Positions 57,001 through 64,000 of a stretch of DNA of 64,000 bases are shown here, one piece after another. Source of the DNA: Antechinus flavipes (Eukaryota); contig NC_067399.1 of the NCBI RefSeq assembly GCF_016432865.1, positions 501,022,001 to 501,086,000 on the forward strand, written 5' to 3'. A model generated the notes under the pieces. The model saw only the letters and a list, made by a program, of their open reading frames with translations. It was not told where the DNA came from and searched no databases. Every line of letters begins with the position of its first letter. Position 1 is the stretch's first letter. A program made the position numbers and the translations under genes.

Positions 57001-57933
57001 GTTAAGGAAATTTTCTTACCTGCTGTGGGACAACAGCCCCAAAGTGTAGCAGTTTTCAACCTTACCGATGTGTGTGTATCTTCATAGGAGAGGATTAGGG
57101 GAAATTTAAATGGAGTGCTAGGAATTAATTTTTGTTACACTGACAAATTAGATTTCAATATCTCTTTTATCGCCCTTCATTCTCCTCCTTTATTTCCTAT
57201 ATGTAACACTGTTCCCGTTTCTCTCAAAAGAGAGGAAGTTTAGTAAATCTCCTGAATACTATGGGATAGGATATAACATACATGTACGTCTATATATGTA
57301 AGAAGGAGAATAAGGTTCCAGGTGCCCACTTCACAGGCTCAAATGAGGTGACTCTGTGATGTAGCTGTCAGATACGACAGACACCGAGGAAAGCATGGCT
57401 ATGCTGGCGACGACATTGGGAAGAGAACACACAGTATCTACTTTAGGAATACTAGGCACCCAACACAGTTTCCTGGCGAGACAACAGGCACATGTCCTGG
57501 ATACAGAGAAAGGCAAAGCCAGAGTGTCCTCAAAGAGCTGCCATTCTCCTGCAGGGGCGGGAGGCGAGCAGAGAAACCAGGACTGGCCGGGGTACAGGGA
57601 GGAAGGACCCGGCGGCACTTGCCCAGGGCGGGCAGAGGAGACGACCACCCGGATAAAAACCAGGGAGCAAGGTATCGAACAAAAAGGCTCGCGGTTAGGG
57701 TCAAAGGGTCGGCTGCCCTCAAGTCTAGGCGGAGGTCTCCCAGGTCTGCAGGGAGCCACCCAGACCCGGGGCTCGGCAGTTTTCCGCAGGTCTTGCCCTG
57801 GGTCAGGGCTCCTCCGCACCGCAGTTCTGCCGCCCTGCACCCCGCTGCCCACTCACCGGACTTCTTCACTGTCCTCGTCCTCGTCCTCGTCCGAGTCGCC
57901 GTGGTGCTTGCGGAAGGTCTTGCCGGGCCTCAT
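52270..57933 (-). CDS. C9orf78: C9orf78 (splicing factor, HCA59/TLS1 family), 9 coding exons, 287 aa
   Basis: Exons 57933-57857, 56894-56835, 56085-56034, 55689-55619, 55384-55307, 55033-54836, 53523-53387, 53197-53099, 52361-52270 (864 nt) join in frame with GT-AG introns. Peptides RLKLEETKEVQ, DLNLGTSFSAETNRRDEDADM, VPTNMAVNYVQHNRF, EKATDDYHYEKFKKMNRRY match C9orf78. Confidence 0.97.
53099..53197 (-). CDS. C9orf78: C9orf78 exon 8
   Basis: YHEELNAPVRRHKEEPKTRPLRVGDTEKPEPE, 99 nt. Confidence 0.97.
53387..53523 (-). CDS. C9orf78: C9orf78 exon 7
   Basis: AKIKNIISTEDAKARLL...NYVQHNR, 137 nt. Confidence 0.97.
53995..54072. repeat. Perfect (GT)39 microsatellite in C9orf78 intron 6
   Basis: 78 uninterrupted bases. 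Confidence 0.97.
54836..55033 (-). CDS. C9orf78: C9orf78 exon 6
   Basis: MKYIETELKKRKG...GIPEVDLGID, 198 nt. Confidence 0.97.
55307..55384 (-). CDS. C9orf78: C9orf78 exon 5
   Basis: INEEEDLNLGTSFSAETNRRDEDADM, 78 nt. Confidence 0.96.
55619..55689 (-). CDS. C9orf78: C9orf78 exon 4
   Basis: DDPFNINTGGMVDMKKIKERNKDR, 71 nt. Confidence 0.95.
56034..56085 (-). CDS. C9orf78: C9orf78 exon 3
   Basis: AVALLVGEKVQEETTLV, 52 nt, GTG|GTGAGT donor. Confidence 0.95.
56835..56894 (-). CDS. C9orf78: C9orf78 exon 2
   Basis: LKLEETKEVQSLRRRPKGVS, 60 nt, canonical splice sites. Confidence 0.95.
57857..57933 (-). CDS. C9orf78: C9orf78 exon 1
   Basis: ACCATGA start, MRPGKTFRKHHGDSDEDEDEDSEEVR, CG|GTGAGT donor. 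Confidence 0.93.
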
Positions 57934-58169
57934 GGTCCCCCGCACCCGGGCTTCTCCCGGGGCCTGTCGCGGGGTCCCCACGGCTCTGCTTCCAGGTCTC
58001 GGACCTGCGCAGATGTTTGGGGCCGGTTCCGGCGCAGGCGAGTGCGGTCAGAGCTGCGTACGGAGTCCGCGGCTGCGGGCCCGCCTCCGGCTGCCAGGGC
58101 CGGCGCGGGGCGCTCCCCATAGGGCCGCGCGCTCGAGAGCCCGCCCTGCCCTGGCCGACCCCGCCTCTA

Positions 58170-58248
58170 TTCTGCGCTGCCGCCGCCGCCGCCCGAGCCG
58201 CGGGGGATGGGAAGGAGCAGCGGCGGCTCGGGAGCCCGGTCAACCCCG
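58170..58248 (+). other. USP20: Probable first exon 1a of USP20 (divergent from C9orf78); 5' boundary approximate
   Basis: GC-rich segment ending in CCG|GTGAGT donor about 300 bp from the C9orf78 ATG. Gene identity rests only on the known head-to-head C9orf78/USP20 arrangement; no USP20 CDS seen. Confidence 0.55.
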
Positions 58249-59304
58249 GTGAGTTTGGGCTCGCGGGCTGATGGACGCCAGTTATCCTCGTAGAGCCGTG
58301 GGGCTGGGGAGGGGAGGAAGGCTGCGAACTTCTGGGAAGGACCCTTCCCCTTCCCCTCTCCCCGGGCTTCCCTCTTCTTTCATTCCTCTCTCCTCTCCTT
58401 CCCTCCCTTCCCTGCTCATTCCCTTCTCTATTCCTCTCATTGAATTACCGTCTTCTCTTTTCTTTTTCTCCCCTATTCTTCTTCTCCTCTAGTTCCCCTC
58501 CTCGCCTTTCTTCTTCCTATTCCTTCCACCCAAATCCCGCATGAGCAATTGTCAAAGTAATATCGATGTTCCAAATTCCGCGCCCTCCCCCCCTCCAAAA
58601 AAAGATGCTTTCCAACGGATCAGATTTGGGCAAAATAAAGTCCTAGAGATCTCCTTGCTGCTCAGAACCAAACATCTTCAATTTGTACCATTGATTCTAG
58701 TACATTTTAGTAATTATTTAATTCAGATGGTAAAGAACTATCTATTAAAAAATGAATGAGATAATACAAAATAATACTTTTAAAAGTAAATTTGGAGACG
58801 TAAAAGATTTTCCCAACATCCCACAGTCCTGAGATGAATTTTTTAAAAGGAAAAAAAAATTACACCTTTCCCTCCTGTTATTTTAAACCAAACACCACTA
58901 ACATTTGCGTCAGGATCCAGACCGCTATCATCCCTAACCAATCAGCAGAGAGTTTTCTGTAGTTTTAGTTATCATTAGTATAGTAACCCAATGCAATTGG
59001 ATTCTGGAAGGAGAAGATTCTGTACTTGATTTTAATATTTACTTGTAGTTGCCCTTAGCCAAGTTGTTTAATAATTCCACTTGCTTTCTTTATGGGTAAA
59101 TGTCCGAAGAGCATAAAATCTCTTTTTCACAAATTCTGTGAGGATTACCTTCATCTTTTAAAAGTGGGTTTTTATTAGTCCATAGTAATTGTTCATTTTT
59201 TTTTTAAACCATAGGGGAGGTTATTCTGGTAGTTTGGGTCTTCAGCTAGCAAATTGTCCCAGTTTTAACAAAGTGGGTTCCCATTTACCTTCCTTTTCAA
59301 TTGC

Positions 59305-59450
59305 CTTTTCCCCCCCCAGAGGTAGTTGGGGTTAAATGACTTGCCCAGGGTCACACAGCTAGTAAATATTGAGTGTCTGAGAGGTCGGATTTGAACTGAG
59401 GTCTTCCTCACTTCAGGACTAGAACGCTATCCACTGCACCATCTAGCCCC
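59305..59450 (-). mobile_element. WSINE1-like SINE
   Basis: TSD ccttttcaattgc at 59292-59304 and 59451-59463. Confidence 0.88.
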
Positions 59451-60502
59451 CCTTTTCAATTGCTTTTAAGGTATGCACCAATGCTGATTTTTTTTTTTTT
59501 TTTTGGTGCCAGATCTCATATCTTTGAACTGCCAATGTTGACTCGTACCTGGGAAATAAGGTATTTTATTCCTCTGAAAGGATAAAGCTTAACCTGCCCT
59601 GAGCTACAACATACTACAATATATCACACTAAGCCTGTAAAGTAAATGGCACTAGATAATCTTTAAATACAGATGAATAGTAGATATTGAGATTGCTTAG
59701 CTAACTAGCCCCTCCAAAAGTTCTTCTCAACTCTAACTTTGGCTGTAATCTAGGCCCCTGCACACTGACTATGCCCTTCAATTGAATAGGTAGCCTATCT
59801 CATAAGTTGGTACTATGACTAAATGATTGGCAATTTTGGTTTAGTGGAATTAGCACTGGACTACAAATTAGAAAACCTGAGTTTGAATTCTGGCTGTGCC
59901 GCTTGTTTGCTACATGATTTTAAAGAAATCACTTAAATTTGATGCTTCTGTTTCTTCATCTGTAAAGTGGGGATGATATCTGTATTACCTACCTCACAGA
60001 GCTGTTATGATGTAGATCATGGATGTAGATGATGGGGATATAAAGCATTTTATAAATCATAAAGTGTTGTTTTAATGTCAGCTTTTGTTACTATGAATTT
60101 AGATTTAATGTTTGTTGGATTGAATTGTGAGAATATTTTGATTTTTTTGTTTTGTTTTGTTTTAGGAGAGATATTTGTATGGTTTGAACTGGTTAGCTAG
60201 CTGTTTGCTTAAAAAAAATTGGTTTAGGTTAAAGGTCAGTAAAATTAATATTTGTCTTCAGGAAATTAGTATTTGTGATTCAGCAAATTGGTATCATTTG
60301 TGCTGATTCCTTAGTTGATTGGTAGGATGGTGAAAAGAGCACCAGAAATGGGTTCTGCCATTAACGTTCAGGGTGAATCTAGCCCTCAGTTTCCCCAAGA
60401 CGAACAGATTACTAGCTGATGTATCATCATGGGCTTTCTAGCTCTAAAAAACTACACATATATCTAAGTGCCTGTTTAAAAGTCTGAATGATCTCTCTAG
60501 GA

Positions 60503-60716
60503 CAGAGGTGTTTAATACAACACACACAGTCAGCATGTACAAGGCCCCAATATTCCTCAGTATATTAGAACATGAAAATTGGAAAATGTTTAACAAAATA
60601 TATAAAAATACAATATAACATTAATAATATATGGTTTTCTTAAGTCCGTATTTGTTCTAAAAAGATCCTTATGTTTGGTTTAGTGGTCTGGTTTCTATTT
60701 GAGTCTGACACCAGTG
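60503..60716. mobile_element. Possible old hAT-type MITE
   Basis: Imperfect termini cagaggtgt / acaccagtg, left flank ctctagga resembles an hAT target; no TSD match. Confidence 0.35.
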
Positions 60717-60881
60717 TATATAATAATAATTAAGCCAGATCAGAGAGCTTTTTATATATATTTCATTTGATTCTCACAATGACCCTGACAAGTAGGTGCT
60801 GTTATTATCCCCACTTAATAGATGTGGAAACTTGAGGCAGATAGGTTGAGTGACTTGCCCTGGGTCTCACAGAAAGTTTTC

Positions 60882-61112
60882 TTTTTTTCTTTTTTTTGTT
60901 TTGTTTTTTTGTTTTGTTTTTTTGCAGTTGTTATGTGATTTATTTATTTATTTATTTTTTACAACATTATCCTTTGCACTCGTTTCTGTTCCAATTTTTT
61001 TCCCCTCCCTCCTTCCACCCCCTCCCCTAGATGGCAAGCAGTCATTTATATGTTGGATATGTTGCAGTATATCCTATATACAATATATGTTTGCAGAACC
61101 GACCAGTTCTCT
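60882..61112 (-). mobile_element. Short L1 3' end inserted into a MIR/MAR-type SINE
   Basis: 15-bp TSD tcacagaaagttttc at 60867-60881 and 61113-61127; T-rich tail on the left. Confidence 0.9.
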
Positions 61113-62329
61113 TCACAGAAAGTTTTCAAGGCCAGAATAGAACTCAGGTCTTCTGACTTTAGAGCTTTATCTACTGTACCACCTAGTTGCCAAGGAATGC
61201 CTAATGTATATGTTGTTTGTGATTAAGCTTTGTGGATTTTCCCTATCCCTATCCAGTCCCCTTGCACTGTATAGGAAAACCCTGGCTTATCAAATCACTG
61301 TTTCTTGTGCAGAACAGTAATGTTGGATACTAAAAGGTTTTAGAATTACAAATTATGGTCTATGCCCTCAAGAAATTTACAGTTTAGTTGAGCAGTCTAG
61401 ATCCTCACAAGTTAAATCATTCCCTTAACTAGTATTTATTGAGTTCCAACTCTGGATAAAGTACTGTGTCAATCATTGAAGACGATGAACATGACCTATG
61501 CCCTACTCCCAAGGACCTTCACTTTAATGAAGGAAATAAGATAAAAGGAGTAGAAATAACAGCAATAATGTTTATTTATTATATTGCTTTAAGTTTTAGG
61601 AAACATTTTCTTTCCAATAATTCATAACTATAATGCAAATTAAAATATCCCCTGTCCTTAGATTGTTGTTCGAATTTTTGTATTCTGGGCATCTTTGATA
61701 ATGCCTTGAAGCAATAAATATTTAATAAATGTTTGCTGAATCGAGTGTGTAAAAATATAAATATTCATATTGAGTGTAACACTAAAAATATTTAAAGAAC
61801 AGTCCAAAGCAATACAAGATGTCATAAGGTCATAGCTGATTGTGCAGCTAATTATGTAGCAAATAAATGCACCAGGAGCCCAGCCATCTCTGGGAATTGG
61901 GCAGGGTTGAGCTAGTCCTTGAAAGCTTCTTGGAGAAAATAGGGCTGGTGCCAGGTCTGGAAAGTTAGGCAAAATCCAGACCAGGAGAGAGAAGGGAATT
62001 TTGTTTGCTTTACCGTAACGGTCCTGTGCCCCTACCCCAGTTCCCCCAGGATTTCTAATACTCTAGTTGTCAGTGCTGGGACAGTTACTTTTGCGGGTTG
62101 GGTAGTGGTCTTTGACTTTCAAATGACTGGGAGATAATAGGTGCTAATTTTGCTTGCAAAAGCTATGATTGCTTTTCTTTTTAGTAAGGTTTTACTGATT
62201 ATCTTAAAAAAAAAAAAAAAGTCATCGTCACTTTCCAGTGATCCCACCGATTGCATCGACCCCTATAACAAGTAAAGTCTACATGCGATCCAATCTTCGG
62301 CCAGGCCTGAAGATGTATTCATTGCATGT

Positions 62330-62900
62330 ACCGCTCCTGAAGTCTCGCATTTCTGCAGAAAGGTTAAGCACGGTCCCTTTTCCCGGGAGGAGGTAACCAG
62401 GGCACTGGGGGAGAGGGCCACCCCAGTAAGCCCCAGGAGTCCCCGCCTCTCGGGCTCCGAGCTGGGATGCCTGCGGGCCCCGCCTCCGCCCTTGGCCTAG
62501 GAGCTGCTAGGCTTCTGCAGCTCGCGCCTCGAGCTCTAATGCTCGTGGGCTAGCTCTCCAGGTAGGAGGCACTTTTCTGCGCCCCCTGTCCCTACTCAGT
62601 TCGTGGACCAGCCCGGCGCGGCGCCCCTCCTCCCCAGCCTTCCCTTGGATTCTGTCCTGGTTCTGAAGGGAGTCTTTCCCCCTCCCTGAGCCCCAACCTC
62701 TACCCACGAATCTGCTTCTCTCCGCCCCGGGCGCAGTCTCGGACCCCCGGCCTCGGTCAGAAGGCGGGCGGAGCCCCGGGACCCAGGGTGCCGCAGCCGC
62801 AGCCCGAGGCCGGAGAGGCGAAGCGAGGCGAGGCGGAGCCCAAGGAGGCGAGGCCGGAGGAGGGGACCGGTGAGCAGCCGGGGCCCCATTTCTTCCGTTG
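62330..62900. promoter_or_regulatory. Second CpG island about 4.5 kb downstream of the first
   Basis: CpG/GC-rich with several CCCCGCC boxes and a strong splice donor. Confidence 0.7.
62780..62869 (+). other. Second CpG-island exon candidate (alternative first exon 1b, probably USP20); 5' boundary approximate
   Basis: GC boxes upstream (62441, 62479, 62764), exon-like segment ending in CCG|GTGAGC donor at 62870. Confidence 0.45.
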
Positions 62901-64000
62901 GGAGACTAGGGGGAGGGGAACCAAACCCACCGCTTTGGAGAGTTGGGGTACAGGGGACAGGTTAAGGGGATTGAGAAGGGTTGAGAGAGAAAAGGAAAAA
63001 TGGGGAGGGTTGTGAAGGTGAGGACACGGTAGAGCAGTCTGGGAGTGATATTTGGGGAGGTGCTGAAAAGGTTTAAAAGTAATGGGGGATTGTGGATGGA
63101 TGGATGGCCTATCTCCTCTCACCTCAACTCCCCTCTTTCCCCCCAGATGAGGAGAAGTTTGTTAAACCTCGGCGGAAATGTGAGGGTTTTTTTTTTTTTT
63201 TTGGTGGGGGATGGGAAAGAGTGGTTAAGGTTAGTAAGAAGCAAGATATTTATATTTGGAAGATAGAATTGAGGGAATAAATCGGGGCGGGGGAAGCAAA
63301 CTAGGCAGTTAGCGTTTGGAGCGGGGGATGGTTTAGGAGAGAGGCTGGAGTTGTGCTGGAAAGGGGATGAAGTGCATTGGTAAATCGGGTAAAAGAATTA
63401 AAAGATTAAAGCTGAAAGCAGAGTAGTCAAGAAATGTGTAGTACATGCAGAAACGAGGTAGAAACCAGAAGGAACTGGTGATTCCCGACAGAATTAGTTA
63501 AGATAGTTGCTTGGGACGAGAAGTGTTTCCTTAGGGGCTGCTTCTTCAGTCCTCTGTTCAGTTTTTGCTCTGCTGCAGTTCTTCTCTAAGTGAGCATTTA
63601 TGGGCTGGGTCCTAGGTCAGTTAACCCTCCTTGGACTCATTTTACTATTTTTTGTTTACATGCTAATGGAAGTAATTCTGCAATTCCAAAGGCTGCTATC
63701 ACAGCAAACACCTGTGTGGACTAGAATGATGCAGCAAAAGCTCTTTGAGAAAATGATGAGTAACACTCTGGGCAACAGGCTTCCTGGGTAGAGCCCTAGT
63801 TCTGTTGGAATTTGATGCTTGCTCATGGGCCTGCCTCCTCTAGACCCAGACCCTCCTTTGTCTAGGAGTAAAGTATGACAGCTGCAATTGATCTCTTCTG
63901 AAGGAGCATTTATCTTCACCTGCAGCCTCTCTTTTGAAATCTTAATTGTGTAACCTGGCAGCCTCCAAAGGAAGACTGATTTCACTATGAAAGCTCAGTG

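Larger units (their letters stand above)
57600..58330. promoter_or_regulatory. Bidirectional CpG island C9orf78 / USP20
   Basis: CpG-dense island with divergent first exons on both strands. Confidence 0.85.

Noticed and set aside
57331-58271. Several long overlapping ORFs (up to 285 aa) across the C9orf78/USP20 island
   Set aside because: Expected stop-poor GC-rich sequence; Arg/Pro/Gly/Ala-biased, no recognisable domain; only the 77-nt C9orf78 exon 1 is supported.
59513-59560. 48-nt segment with T-run acceptor and AAG|GTATTT donor as a USP20 5' UTR exon
   Set aside because: T-run may be repeat-derived and the donor is weak; cannot be supported without transcripts.

Overview
Marsupial (most likely dasyurid) genomic DNA syntenic to human 9q34.11. 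Three complete multi-exon genes can be reconstructed exon by exon: TOR1B (+, 5 exons, 341 aa), TOR1A (-, 5 exons, 333 aa, tail-to-tail with TOR1B, with a GC-AG intron 2) and C9orf78 (-, 9 exons, 287 aa). They are followed by two CpG-island first-exon candidates on + that, by synteny only, should belong to USP20; no USP20 coding sequence is in the window. Bases 1-28000 are a repeat-dense intergenic region: L1 3' fragments with target-site duplications, tRNA-derived SINEs, L2/CR1 remnants, a 7SL retrocopy, an OC1-type hAT MITE and about ten solo ERV LTRs, several nested. The most striking unexplained signal is a 34-nt inverted repeat in C9orf78 introns 6 and 8. On the pre-mRNA strand it pairs at 33/34 positions (29 Watson-Crick, 4 G-U) and brackets exons 7-8, suggesting a long-range RNA duplex that could drive exon skipping or circularisation in a spliceosome-factor gene. 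Repeat family names and orthologue comparisons are from memory, not database searches.
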